Shown: one piece after another, positions 14,329 to 28,576 of the stretch
How the letters are laid out: every line of letters begins with the position of its first letter
Numbering within the stretch: the stretch's first letter is position 1
DNA from: Octopus sinensis
Lineage: Eukaryota
DNA: 64,000 nucleotides
Direction: 5' to 3'
Assembly (NCBI RefSeq): GCF_006345805.1
Contig: NC_043003.1
Location: forward strand, 110,484,001-110,548,000
Position numbers and translations under genes: made by a program
Notes under the pieces: model-generated
Told to the model about the DNA's origin: nothing
The model's database searches: none
What the model saw: the letters and a program-made list of their open reading frames with translations, nothing else

Positions 14329-15234
14329 ATATATATTACTGTAAATGGAGATAATATTATTGACTCTAACAAATTTATACAACGGTAACGAAGTAGTTTT
14401 CGTTACCGAATTTTTTAAGTAAGTTTTGTTACATCTATTGTTTATGAATATTCATAGTGACATAATAGCAAAATTAATAAGTTTCCTTAGGTCATAACAT
14501 TTTTCTGTTACTTAAATTGTGAAAAGAAAATTCAGCTAGGCCTGAAATTAAGTCAGGTGTATGAATCATTAAAAAATGACTATTTATTTACTGACTTTAT
14601 ATATATTTACTGATTTTCTATCGAAATTTTTGAAGAGACATCCAACTGAAATGTTTCCACATTATTAATCAATAGCTCATCAGAAACTGGCGGTTTGGAA
14701 ATTGGTTCACTTCATCTTAAACATCGACAAAAGCTATTTTATTCCAAAGCAAAACAAATGCATCTAGTGAATTAGGCGTTTTTTCGAAGAATAATCATAT
14801 ATTACATACTTTTATATCGGCGAACAACATTACCTGTGTATATATATATATATAAACGTATGTATGTATGCATGTGTGTATGCTTGTACGTATACTTGTG
14901 TATTATTAAACGTATACTACATATACGTGTATGTGTATTATATCTCCTCCATTCTTTCAATTTGGATTTTTATTCGCATTCATAGTAAACCTATATGCTA
15001 ACGGTGACCTATTAAAAGGCTTTGAGCACCTTATCGGACTTCGATATACGAAAATCCTACAACCCTCTATCCAATAGATTATTATTGTTCCTGAAAATTG
15101 TTTTTTACACCTACTACGGGTGATCGGAACTTACAAAATTTCTACACCTAGATCATTGGCTCTTACAATTACAAATTATTACAATATATACATATATACA
15201 TACACACACACACATACATATATACATCCATCCA

Positions 15235-15266
<32 letters not shown>

Positions 15267-15279
<13 letters not shown>

Positions 15280-15480
15280 TTAGAGACAAAACCACTATTT
15301 TGCAAAACAAACAAGGAAAGACTTAATCAATACATAAAATTTTAATAAAATTTTTTACTTTTTATTTTTTACTTTTTATTTTTTACTTTTTTTACTTTTT
15401 ATTAAAATTTTATGTATTGATTAAGTCTTTCCTTGTTTGTTTTGCAAAATAGTGGTTTTGTCTCTAATTAATATTATATA
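15267..15480. repeat. Perfect 84-bp inverted repeat with 46-bp T-rich spacer
   Basis: 15267-15350 is the exact reverse complement of 15397-15480; left end abuts (TA)n. Confidence 0.95.
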
Positions 15481-15555
15481 ATATTTTACTATAAAATTGG
15501 ATTTAATCCTAAATCTGATTTTTTCCCTGTAAATTTGGATTTATTCCCTAATATT

Positions 15556-15609
<54 letters not shown>

Positions 15610-15656
15610 GTGTATGTATCTGCGTATATATATATATATATATATGTGTATGTATG

Positions 15657-15688
<32 letters not shown>

Positions 15689-17574
15689 CACACATTTATA
15701 CACACACATATTGTTATATTACGGGATGATCAGGTTTTTTCCAAATAAACACAGGCACTATACATTTGTTCTTCAACCAAGCATACACGAGGACGTGGTC
15801 ATAGATGTATGATGAAAGGTATCCGGACAATAAGAATAGTAATAAACGAAAGGGGAACGAATATATAGTCCGTGTGTTTATTTGGCAAAATAAAAAAAAA
15901 ATTGTCATCCGAAAATATAAGAATACCTGTTTCGACATACGTTTTCACATCAGGAATCTGGCAACAAAAATTCATAAACGATTACCTCATAATATATAAT
16001 TTTAATCAATATAGATTACCTTATAATATATAATCCACCATCATCAGTTAAAATTTGAAAGAGTTAAGAGTTTAAATATTGACTGAAACATATCGAACCT
16101 TAGCTGCATTAGTTTCTAGTTTTAATTTACTAAGAAAACTATAATTCACTTCTGTCACGATATTTAACAATCATAGTAAATACGTTAGCATTTTAGATTG
16201 TCAACCAAACTGCGATTGACAACATTGTACTAATCGCCCCTCATATGATTCCTTTCCAAACATATGGTTGATTGGGAGTTGAGGCTGACGACAGACCTAT
16301 TACAAGCCTAACGCTCGAAAGAATAGATTTAATATAGTGGTCGTATCAATTTACAGTATATCTCTTTTGAGAACACTTGCGTTGAACTTACGTAAGAAAT
16401 CAATGTAATAGACTTTAATTATTAATCATCTTGTAAACTCAAAACTTAATTAACATTGAATTTTGAGATGATAATTATTCTTTTAAATTCTGTCTTTATC
16501 GTGATAGCTTTGAAGTTAACCTTTATTTGATGCTCCAATTTTTTGAAATTACCTTTGATTCCGTTTGTATAATTTTACGACATTCACTGAATATGAGGTT
16601 ATCTGACAAGGTTCCTGATCGAAATGCTTACTAATGTTTTTTTCTTGTTTCCTTTTGTTCCGTTTATATTCTGCTAGAACGAAAACTATATTCGATAGTT
16701 CAATACTTCTTTCTCTAACTCAATTTCCCTTGTGCACACGCTTCTTTAGAATCAGTAATTAGGAGATAATGAGAACTTTACTAGAGACAGAAAATCAATT
16801 AACGTTTGGGAAATTATTACTTTAATTAAGTCTTGTTTAGATTCATATCTTTCGACTAGTGTCTGTATGAAATTCCCAGATCTTAATTAACTGTCTCCAG
16901 GAGGTATTGGGGAGTTGATGTAGAATGGTTGTTCTCTGTGAAGATGAAATTGGTCTACAAACTCCACATAATAGTATTTCATATTATATTAATGCAGACT
17001 TGTAAATGGGGAAGTTTCAAAAAACACTTTGAGATATGAACATTCATTAAAGGCCATAGGTACGTCAGAAAATTTCTATTTTCTAATAAATATATTAGTT
17101 TTCTTTTACTGATGCCATCTCAAAATTCTGTATGCCTGTTTGGTTTATATTTGTTATTCATAAGCTACATAATTTCACAAGCACGTACTACTTAACTACA
17201 ATTACTTACATATGATGGGCGAATTTGTATTTGTAAAGGCTTTTTGTGTCAGACTCAAGCACTCCATTAAAATACCAATTGAAAAATAGTGTATGCTTTA
17301 GGTTCAATACATATCTTGTTCTATTGTTTTTGCACACTGATTCATCTATTTGAGATAAAGTATTCTATCAAGTGTATACAACCATACATACACATATGCA
17401 TTCATGTATACTACATACATACATACATACATACATACATACAATCATTCATAAATATATACAAACGTACATACATATGTACATACATAAACACACATAC
17501 ACACATAGAGTTAGAGATGTATATATTTCCATAGTCAAAGAAAAGTATACTGTCAAGCAATGCTAGGTTTCAGA

Positions 17575-17880
17575 GGCACATGAACTAGTGGTTAGAGCAG
17601 CGGACTCGCGGTTGAGAGATCGCGGGTTCGAATCTCAGACCGTGATATGAGTGTGTTTATGAGCGAAACACCTAAGTTCTACGCAGCTCAGGCAGAAGGT
17701 AATGGCGAACTTCTGCTGACTCTTTCGCCCACAACTTTCTCTCCCTCTTTCCTCCTGCATATTGCAGCTCACCTGCGACGGACCGGCGTCCCGTCTACGT
17801 GTGGAACCTATACGCCAAGGAAACCGGGAAACCGGCTCTTATGAGCCAGGCATGGCTCGAAAAGGAACAAACAAACAACA
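17575..17880 (+). mobile_element. tRNA-derived SINE family D
   Basis: A box ctagtggttagagc, B box ggttcgaatc, body with cctgcgacggaccggcgtcccgtc, tail aacaaacaaacaaca. Confidence 0.8.
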
Positions 17881-19320
17881 GGTTTCAGAATGTACAGTAA
17901 AAATACTATCAATAGTAAAATATATTAATGAGGTGAACAGGTATAATAACTACCATGCCGGAAAAAGTTTTTGCGGCATTTTTTCCGACTTTACGTCCTA
18001 AGTTCAAATTCTGCTGGGGTCAACTCTGTCTTTTGTTATTTCAGGGTCAATGAAATAAGCACGAGTTTTCCACTGGGGGCCGATAAAATAAATACCAGTT
18101 TAAAACTGGTGTCTATGTAATCAAACTACACCCTAATGTGAAGTTGGTGGTCTTCTACACAATTTCAAACTGATATTGAAATACATTAAAATAAAATACT
18201 TTTAAGATATTCCATTTGTTCGACAATGCTGTTTTAAGTTTTTGCTTTACACAAACACATACACACGCACACATATATGCACACACACTGTCTGTACATG
18301 CACACACAAGCATGTATACACATCATTCAATAATAGATTTCGATCTTCATACGCCGAAATGCTTTCGACGGAAGGGGAATGTTTGATTGTGCAACATGGA
18401 GAAATAGTTCATATAGATCTTTTTAAGAATACTTCACATCGTGAGTCAACTGTACGGTCCTCTAAAACTAGTTCAACATATTATGAATAGCAGTTAAATC
18501 TCCTTCAAATTATATTTTGTGTTCTTAAGAACATTTAGCTATCATAACGTACTGCTAAATAAATAGATCTGAACAGACAGAAAAAAAGGAAGGTAAGTTT
18601 TCGAAGCAATTTGAAGGTTTAATTTCATCGATTTAGTTGAACTAAGACTAGACATTAAGAACGAATTACAGTATCACACAGATACTATCCTAAAAGGCAT
18701 GATTTTATTGAACTGCCATTCCTATTTATGAAATCAACTAATGAATGCTTATTCGAGACTGATTTTACTTTCGGATCCATATAAGGAATGTTACATTGTC
18801 AATTATAAACAAGACAACGCCATTCAGACATTTAGTAATGAAACTACAAGGTTAAACTTTGGCAGGGATACTGAAATAATGTGGAAGTAAATCTTCATTT
18901 CGCACACGGTAATATAAAACTAATACGCTTTACAACTCTATCAAGATCTATATCTTTATATAATACAAATAATATCACTACAGCAATATTTTTCATAATA
19001 ATAGGAACTTGATTTTATTACTACCAGTGTTCATTGAATAACCGCATTTGCTTTCAAAAATGTATTTGCTGAGAAACAGTCTCCTAATCACGATCGAGAA
19101 AATAGATTTCAATCAAAATTCATTTTGATCATATCAATTATATATCGTTTACGTACTTGAAATGGCAGTGATTGTAAGTGTTTATAATTTTACCAGTTTT
19201 CTGCTATTAATGATTATGATCTATTTGGCTCTTTATATATATATATATGTGTGTGTGTGTGGTGTGTGTGTTATATGTATGTATGTGTGAGTTCTGTTTA
19301 GTGTATATGTGGTGTCTATG

Positions 19321-19376
<56 letters not shown>

Positions 19377-19650
19377 ATATATATAGCTACATAAATGTAC
19401 GTCATATATACACATACATACACATATGTGCATGCGCGTTATTTGTACTATGAAAGAAATCAATTCTAAACACACATTGTAGAATTTAAATCTGTCTCTG
19501 TCTTTCTCTCCCCCCCCCCTCTTTCTCTCTCTTTATATATATGTGTGTGTGTGTGTGTAAATTGTTTACTTCACAATACCATTAACAAATAACAATATAT
19601 GCATGTACATATATGTGTGTGCATATATATATATATATATATAATATATA

Positions 19651-19686
<36 letters not shown>

Positions 19687-19941
19687 ATGTCTACGTTGAC
19701 AATAGCTCATAAAATTACGATTACATCATGACATTCGGCTAAGAAGCATTTGTAGCATGCAAGTTGCCTGTTCAACTCCCTCAATTTGGATTTATATTCT
19801 TGTACATGCATATAAATGCACATATATACATGTTTATATGTATGTATAAACACACGCACACACACACACACACTCACACACACATACACTCACACACACA
19901 CACACACAACACACACACACACACACACACCCACACACACG

Positions 19942-19975
<34 letters not shown>

Positions 19976-19978
19976 ATA

Positions 19979-20018
<40 letters not shown>

Positions 20019-20019
<1 letters not shown>

Positions 20020-20260
20020 GGGCAGCTAAAGAAGGGGAATATTCCTTGTGCTGTACGTCTTGTACTCTGTTTTTTGAAAAAAGTCCGTTTCCATGGTCTT
20101 GTTTTTATGTTTTCGTTCATCATTGTGTTCGACGTTTTTTGGGGTGTCCTGTACCTATATATGCATGTATATATACATATAGATGTAGGTATGTACATAT
20201 ATGTATCTATATATGCATATGTTTTATTTATTATTTTGTTATTATATGATCGAACGCCAC
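20019..20260 (+). repeat. Family-E interspersed repeat, uninterrupted copy
   Basis: Matches 1715-2470 and the reverse complement of 29705-29900. Confidence 0.7.
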
Positions 20261-20894
20261 GCATCCACTTCCAAGTAAGTTTTATGATGGGTATAATTGC
20301 ATCATTTTGTAAAATGGTAGACGTCTCATATTGAACCCCAAACTAAAATACTGGTGAGATATCTCTACGTCAATGAATTGAAGTCCCAAACACCTCTATA
20401 GTATTTAGCCCCTCTCTTTGTTGGCTAAGTGAGGGGCAACATAGCCGGATACAGTGACAAGCATTTTAATATCAGTGGTACTATTTCGACTGCAAGGTTT
20501 ATGTCAGCGTATTTTCTTCTTGAGGAGCTACCGTCACTACCGTAATATGTGGCGTGTGCTTACATTTTTACTAAGATTAAATCAGAAGATATCATTATCT
20601 AAGGCAACAAATGGACTTAGCTTCAGAATCTACGGTTACAAAATACCTTAATATGCAGTTAATTGACGAATAGAAATAATACAGTATTGGTTACTTTAGA
20701 TTTTAAAGGCGTTAGACCAAGTGAATCATAAACTGATCGTAATCATTTGAAATTTATAAATTATTTGTTTAACAAAGTCAAGTAGTTTCTATTTGCAATT
20801 GATAGAACGGTTGAAAATAAAGATATTTTAGTTTCTGTGTGTATGGATTCATTATAATAAGAATAATTGGAAACGAATAGTCTATAGCACTTAC

Positions 20895-21033
20895 TTCTTG
20901 AGTACTTGCTAGGAGATGTATCAGTAGTTTTTAATGATTCTACCATTTTATGTACTGGTGTTTTCATTGATGTTTCATATAAACTCGCTTCATCTCCTAA
21001 TTGTTCCATCAGTTCTTGGATTTCTTTGTTTTT
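20895..21033 (-). CDS. GABBR2: Next coding exon (139 nt, phase 0/1): KNKEIQELMEQLGDEASLYETSMKTPVHKMVESLKTTDTSPSKYSR; completes the C-terminal coiled coil
   Basis: Strong acceptor ttcttttcttttcttag|AAA and donor GAA|gtaagt. It joins the 37808 exon in frame to give RYKQILEQ-KNKEIQELMEQLG, an ungapped match to the recalled insect GABA-B R2 coiled coil RFRKALMEKENELQALIRKLG. Confidence 0.75.
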
Positions 21034-22429
21034 CTAAGAAAAGAAAAGAACATGGAAGAAATTGTTAAGGCTTATTGGTTACTAACAAGAAAAAAATAAA
21101 CAGCTCTACATTATTTTGGAAAGACATAAATGTATATTTCTATGTCCAGTAGTTAGCGATAATCATATTGGTCACTATCGACATCAAAACACGAAAGAAT
21201 ACTGAAAAATGGATTTAATCTATACGACAAAGTGACTGCTATTTTATCACTTAATATTTTCAGAATATTATTTGAAAGACAACATATTCACAACATTTTG
21301 GATTTAGTTCATATTTCCCGTCAATTTACATCGAAGTCAGTCAAGCAAACTTTTGTTTTCTTCTCACGTAATTTTCCTGTCAATATGGAACCAATATTCG
21401 ATCCTATAACAGTGTGCCTTAGGAAGGCATCTACCACCGTATTGACTGGTGGGGCATATCTTTCCAAACAGCATGTGTGAAATGGAAATTATGAACAAAT
21501 CACCAGACATGCATTATACATAAATGCAATCATAGATTCATATATATATATATATATATATATGTACATATGCATGTATGTATGTATGCATGTATGTATG
21601 TAAGTATATGTGCGTGTATATAAATAGAAGCCCACAAATGCTACAAGTATGTGTATTACAATTCAGTGCGGGTTGTATATTTGCTATTCTCTTTTGCCAT
21701 GCACCCTTTAGCCAGTTAATACTAGTTGCAACAAGGTTTCTTGCATCATTTTGACACAACGATATCCATTTTGTTCGCTCCAAGTTTGTTAACTCAAAGG
21801 TGTTGTGTGCCTCCTTCACTGCCGAGAGGTTACACTTCAGCTAGTCCTTATATCTGAGCCATGGTCGACCAACATTCCTGAGCTCATTATCAAGCTGGCT
21901 GTACATGAGGACTTTGCGTATTCTTTTGTCACTCATTGTGACGACATGCCCAACTCGGCGCGATTGCATTTGTGAGTGTGTGTGAATAGGCATGATCAAC
22001 ACAAGACACAGTTCAGATTATTTGTTCCCTACATGCCTTTGTTCCCTACATGTCTTGGATTCTTGTATCAATGTGCATTTGTAATTGGATTTTGAACCTC
22101 AACAGTTTTTCGAGGGTTTATTTTATTGCATAATGTTTACTAAGATCAAAAGTTGAGGAAAATCTACGTGGAGTGTGGAGATTTCAAATTACTAGTAATT
22201 GTTGTACATCTAACTTTATACACACATATCCATACACATACATACATGCACACACACATACATATATGTTAATACACAAATGGCCTCTTTCAGTTTCCCT
22301 CTGCCATATTCACTTATATGTCTTTGGTCGGCTTAGTCTATCGCAGAAGACACTTGCCCAAGTTTTAAGGCAGTGGGAGTGACCTCGGAACAATGTGGTG
22401 GGAAAGCAAGCTTCTTACTACACAGCTAT

Positions 22430-22511
<82 letters not shown>

Positions 22512-23199
22512 CTTATGTATGTGTATGTAAGCATGTGCCAAAAATCCACACATACTCAGAAAGATTGGGCATATTAACAAACTGAACAAAAATGCCTACT
22601 CTATTATTTAATTATGAAGTTTAAGTTTACAAAGTCATGGATATGTGCACCAGGCAGACGAGTTATTGAAACTATTGCACTACAACGGACAAAATCTAAA
22701 TGACTGGAGACAATAAAAGTAACTCATAAAATATTTTCAATTTCATATACGTCAGTTATTATTCACCCTGTTCGTATACCATGTATGCGAAGCATACTTA
22801 AACTCAGCGTTTTAAAAGCATTTCACAAACACGGACAAAGTACTTTATCATATTAGCTGTTTCCGGATAGAAATCGTTTCTCTGGTTACATATATATATG
22901 ACTTACTTTGACTTTACGTCAGGAGTTCAGCATTATCTTTCTGATAAGGAAATATATGAAGCGATATGTCAAAGTTGTCAAGAATCTGCGTTGATATTTT
23001 AAGTTCGATAATGGTTCAATTAAAGAGTCAAATATGTTGTCTTTACAAATTACGAATGTAACAAATTCTTCAAACACAAAGACCTCTTCCCTCCGATAAT
23101 ATTGCGAAAGTATTGATAATCTTTGTAATAATGATAAATGTTAAAATGGGCATTTGTAATATCAGGTCATTAAGAATAAAATCTCCAATTTTGAATTGT

Positions 23200-24331
23200 A
23201 AAAGCATTGCACTTAATCAAAGTATGCACCTAAATTATCAACTCAATTTTGCCATTTTATCGGTAGCTTATTTACGCCGGCAGCGAAGAATTCTGGAGAG
23301 CAAGAGGTGATGAAATCACGAAATTGATATTTTTGCATATTCTTCTGATTTGAAGTTTTTTTCCTTCCAAAATATTTTCTAATGTCTAGGAAACATGATA
23401 GCCAGTTGGTGCAACGTCTGGTGAATATGGTGGATTACAGAGTACTTCCAAGTTCAGTTCCTATAACTTGAGTAGCGTTCTTTGTGCCAAATTTGGTCGA
23501 GCAGTCTTGCAAGAGAATTGAGCTGTCTCTGTTGATCAAACTCGGTTGTTTAATTGCAAGTTCACTCATAGTTTCATCCATTTGGTTGATGCATACATCT
23601 GCTGTAATTGACTTACCAGGTCTCCTGAATCTGTAGTGGATGACACTAGCGCTGGACCCCTAAACAGACTCCATTCGTACTTTTTGGTGAATATTCTTTT
23701 TTGGATTGTATTTTGGCACTATTTCTCCATTCAGCCACCGTGAAGAAAGTTTGCTATAGTTGAAAAGAATCCATTTTTCATCATACGGTGCAAAAATCGT
23801 TTGCTTTTATGCCATGACAGTAAACAATCGTTCATTTCGTGTGGTATCAGCTTGTCCAGCTTCTTTACGTTGCCGATTTGTTTCAGATAGAATCGGGACA
23901 TCAAACCTTGTTGCTAACGCTCGCTTAATTTGCGATGTATCCGCCTCCACTACAATTTACAGCACATCATTCCTCCACCGTGGTCTCAGAGCTGATGTTC
24001 TAGAGTAAAGTCAACAGACCGAAACTTCTCAAACCATCGACGTACAGTGCGCTCATTCGCCACAACTTCGCCAAACACCTCATTAGTGTTTCGAACTGTC
24101 TAGGATGCATTGGTTCCACGACAAAACTCATATTCATAAACACGAATATTTTATCTATCCATGAGTTGATTTACAAGAGAAAACTCACAATATAACCAGA
24201 GACCATGAATTATATTTCGAATGAATAAATGAGGAATTATCCGGATAAAACATTAGCGTTAACGACCGTGAAACTTGGTGCATAAGAAAATTGGTCATTT
24301 CATTCTCAATGAACTTATATGTAACAACGTA
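23200..24331 (-). mobile_element. Decayed mariner element
   Basis: Minus-strand PPYSPDVAPTGY motif, RWFEKFRS HTH segment and DEKW-like motif; boundaries approximate. Confidence 0.75.
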
Positions 24332-25229
24332 TATGGTTTAGAAACATTTATTCTGTGCTCGAGAGTATTTCCGTTTCACATGTATCATACGTCCACTTAC
24401 TTTAATCTAATGTTGCACCAAGTGCCTATATTAATTTCTAAGTGAGATATAGAATTTACGAGGTTTTGAATATATATATATGGTAAATGCAGCACTTATA
24501 TCTACATTTTTTGTTACGTTATGCGGGTAGCATCTTCAGACTTTGGCCGGGATAGGGAATATTCCGTTCCTGAAAGGCTGTATGAATACTTTGAACATGT
24601 AGCATTACACACAGTAAAAGTTATTCCCTTCAATTGTAGTATAACCTGCTTCAAAAATAGAAGTTTTTCAGATTTATTGCAGTAGGTACATATACATTTA
24701 ATTAATGTGTTTATTTCTTCAAACACCAGGTAACGTTATTTCCAGTATTGTCGAAAATTCCGTAACAAAAAATGAAAGAGATACTAATGTCATGTATCTT
24801 AGTAAAATAAGAATAATAAACGTTTGAACTTGGAACATATGGAAATGAAATCTTCTTTGGAGGAAAGACAATATCTGTTACAATACGTTCATTTATATTC
24901 TAAAATTTAACCAGAATTTAAAGAGAAGCTTTACCGTTTTTAACAGAAATTAGAATTTCCAATTTCAATACATAAAAAATTCTGACTCCAAATATATTAC
25001 AAAATAGTGAAAGCCCTTTATGTGGGATATATATTTAAGTATATTTATGTAATAACCAAGAAACTGACAAAGATTTGTGACCAGCACTGATTTAATATAA
25101 ATAAACATTTTCGTTTAATTATATTCGCTATGTATGCAGAAAGTGACATTGCACAGTTTGTATCCATAACGATGTATATATACATAAACGTATGCATGTG
25201 CGTGTGCGTGTATTGATACAGGAATATAC

Positions 25230-25466
25230 ATGGATATACATACACATACATATATACGGATATATAAATACAAGCATATATATATTATATATATATATAT
25301 ATATATAATATATATATATATACATACATATATATGTACACACACACACACACCCACATATATATATAAAGTGATATGTAAATATATGTAAATATATATA
25401 TATAAACATATAAATATGCATACATACATATGTATATGTATGCATGTGTGTATATGTATATGTATG

Positions 25467-25498
<32 letters not shown>

Positions 25499-25592
25499 TA
25501 TGTTTATATATGTATATATATATGTATATATGTATGTGTGTACATATATATATGTATATATATATATGTATGTATATATGTATATATATGTA

Positions 25593-25641
<49 letters not shown>

Positions 25642-25660
25642 ACATATATATGTATATATG

Positions 25661-25715
<55 letters not shown>

Positions 25716-25762
25716 ATGTATGTATATATGTATATATATATATATATATATGTATGTATATA

Positions 25763-25803
<41 letters not shown>

Positions 25804-25890
25804 TATATATGCGTGTGTATATATTTACACGCCCACAGACTTGCATGCAAATAATCGAATATGTATATGTGTATATGTGTGTGCATTTCT
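25230..25890. repeat. Compound (TA)n/(TATG)n microsatellite
   Basis: Direct inspection; one of dozens of such tracts in the window. Confidence 0.9.
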
Positions 25891-26349
25891 ATGCATATAT
25901 TTCTGTGTCAGCATGTCTCTATTAATTTTTCATTACATCATATTTGTTGTGTGTTCGGTTTTACTCATGACACTTATGGAAATAGAATTCCATAAAAGTT
26001 TTACATTATTCTTTTGTAATTTTATGTGTATAAGCTTTAATGGAAAGACTTCCTTTCCATTAATGTAAATGAAAAAATATACAGCTGTACATCTTTGATA
26101 GTATCTTTCTGATAATATTTGTAATTTAATAGATACATTTTACATTATCTAATGTGTAGTATTTTTTCCCGACAATATGCTATGATTTTGAGCAAAAGAC
26201 TACCACAGCTTGCTTGATATTTACATGGCGCAGGCAAAATTTATGGCTCGAATATTAACATCCAAAATGTTGTGTGTATATACATATATTCACGCGCATG
26301 TATTTATGTGTGTATATATGTATCAATGTATGTACGTCTGCTACTATAC

Positions 26350-26407
<58 letters not shown>

Positions 26408-28146
26408 GATTAGTAGCAGTAGCAGCAACATATACCTTATTCTGCATATTTGCATTGGTTCAACAGAATTTGTTGCGTAGAATTGTTTATGGATGGGGTC
26501 CCTTCCTGTCACGAAAGCCGAGCTATTTTCAAGCAAACTCACATTTACTCAAGGCGGCTGGTATGTCTCACAGACTATTGGAAATGAATCAGGCTCTTTT
26601 ATTACACTGACAATGATTTAAAAGTATCACGCGATGGTAGGACAAGAGACATGATCTTAGACTCATACACATATGTATATATAAATGCAAATATATATAT
26701 GAATACATATACATATGTACGTATAAACGCAAACATATATGCATGCATGCATCACACACACACACCTAGGCACTCATATTTATACAATGCGTATTCACTT
26801 AGTCTTGGTCTATTAAATCCACTCCCGAGACTTTGTCAGTTTGGAATCATAGTAGAAAATACTTGCTGAAGATGCCACTTGGTGGTATTGAACCCACAAC
26901 CGTGCGGTTAGTAAGCAATCACTTTAAACACAAATCTTTCGTGTAAAGTCATAAATAAAGCATTTTAACTTTCAATTGAAATATCACTCAATACCTTTTG
27001 TATAGTAATTATTTAGTAACGTTATTAATTTTATATTCTGCCAAGGTCGACTTTGACATTTATCCTGTGGAGGTCGGTAAAATAAGTACCAGTTCAATAC
27101 TGATGTCTATGTAACAAATTTACGCCCACCCTCAAAATTTCTGTCCTGTTACTAAAAATTCGAACCCAACGTTGCTAATTATAATCTTATCATCGTGTGT
27201 GTGTGTAAGTACCTGTATGTTTAGATAAATTTTCTCTGTAGGTAAGTAGGCAATATTGATAACCAGAGCATCAAATGTCAGAGGAAGATATTAGAAATAC
27301 CTTAATTATATTGACTTCTCATTCGAATATAAAAAAAAACATAACAGGTAATAGGAAAGAGAAGAAAACACGTTTGATTTAAGGATTGAAACTTCAAATG
27401 ATTACAACGTAATTCCAGTTTTCTACAAAATCAATAATTATTCTTTAAAATACTAAATGTTGAAGCTCATTACTACCCTTTGATCACTGCGAGGGGTTAA
27501 AAATATGAGAAGAATATTAAGTTTCTCCCATAAAGTATATCAACACTAAATCACATACTCACACGCTCGCGCAGATACACATTCACACACACTCATACGC
27601 ACACACATACACACACACATAAAAATATACAAATATGGAAACGCGTGCATGTCCTCGTAATATTCTGTCGTGTTTATCAGTAAATACGCTTTCATTTTAG
27701 AACCATTGGGAAATCATATTCCTACCCGCATAAATCCGTTTCTGTTGAAGATATGACAACGACAGCTTTCCATAATGCCATGCTGCCAATATCATAGGTT
27801 TTTGAAAGTAAATTTACTTGAAACATCATTTAAGCGTTGAAGTATTCTATTCGTTCGCTTCCTGTGTCAGTAAACTAAGCTTCACTCAATTTGTGAGAGT
27901 CAGACACATCGAGATAGAAAGGTTCAACACGTAGCTATTATACGTAATACAAATATTGACAACACATTCGTCTCGAATAAGTAAAGGATAGGTTTAATAT
28001 GACATTTTTACGTAAAATTTTTAAATAGTGGACGATAGCAAATGGCGTACATTTGAGTCTTGATCTATTCGTGAAACTTTAAAATATACTAAACAATAAT
28101 AGTAACAACAATTCCATCATCGAACCAGTATTTCTCTCAGTAGAAC

Positions 28147-28576
28147 TACGAAAGTTTTTCCTTATATCACTTTCCCCCATCGTCCCCAATGTACACCTGA
28201 GCAACGTCTCTTTCCAACAACCGCATTTTTCAAATGCTCTGACAACGGGGAATACATAACTAGAAGAGGGAACTGGAAGTTTTCTTCGTTTCTTATCCTT
28301 CTGCAATCTACTTTGTGTCTTCTGCCGTTGTTTCGGCCTTACATGACAAATCTCTTTAATATATTAAAGAGATTTGTCATGTAAGGCCGAAACAACGGCA
28401 GAAGACACAAAGTAGATTGCAGAAGGATAAGAAACGAAGAAAACTTCCAGTTCCCTCTTCTAGTTATGTATTCCCCGTTGTCAGAGCATTTGAAAAATGC
28501 GGTTGTTGGAAAGAGACGTTGCTCAGGTGTACATTGGGGACGATGGGGGAAAGTGATATGAGGAAACACTTTCGTA
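28147..28576. repeat. Spacer-less palindrome (perfect over 28164-28559, 198-bp arms)
   Basis: Centre between 28361 and 28362 (tctctttaatat-attaaagaga); ORFs on both strands are identical for the first 47 aa; only 2 mismatches, in the outermost 17 bp. Confidence 0.95.

Noticed and set aside
17575-17645. tRNA-like sequences (also at 46350-46423, 59697-59770 and 10827-10915)
   Set aside because: They are the heads of multi-copy SINEs, run directly into SINE bodies, and lack a proper cloverleaf.
24514-24645. Possible alternative terminal exon (cag|GTTATACTAC..., VILQLKG...RIT-stop in phase 0)
   Set aside because: Modest pyrimidine tract and no homology, and the flanking exons already align without a gap; cannot be supported without RNA data.
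28360-28410. ggccgaaac after a long stem, and gcatttgaaaaatgc, within the palindrome as possible hammerheads
   Set aside because: No core precedes the stem and no UH site follows; the ttgaaaa lies in a simple local hairpin.
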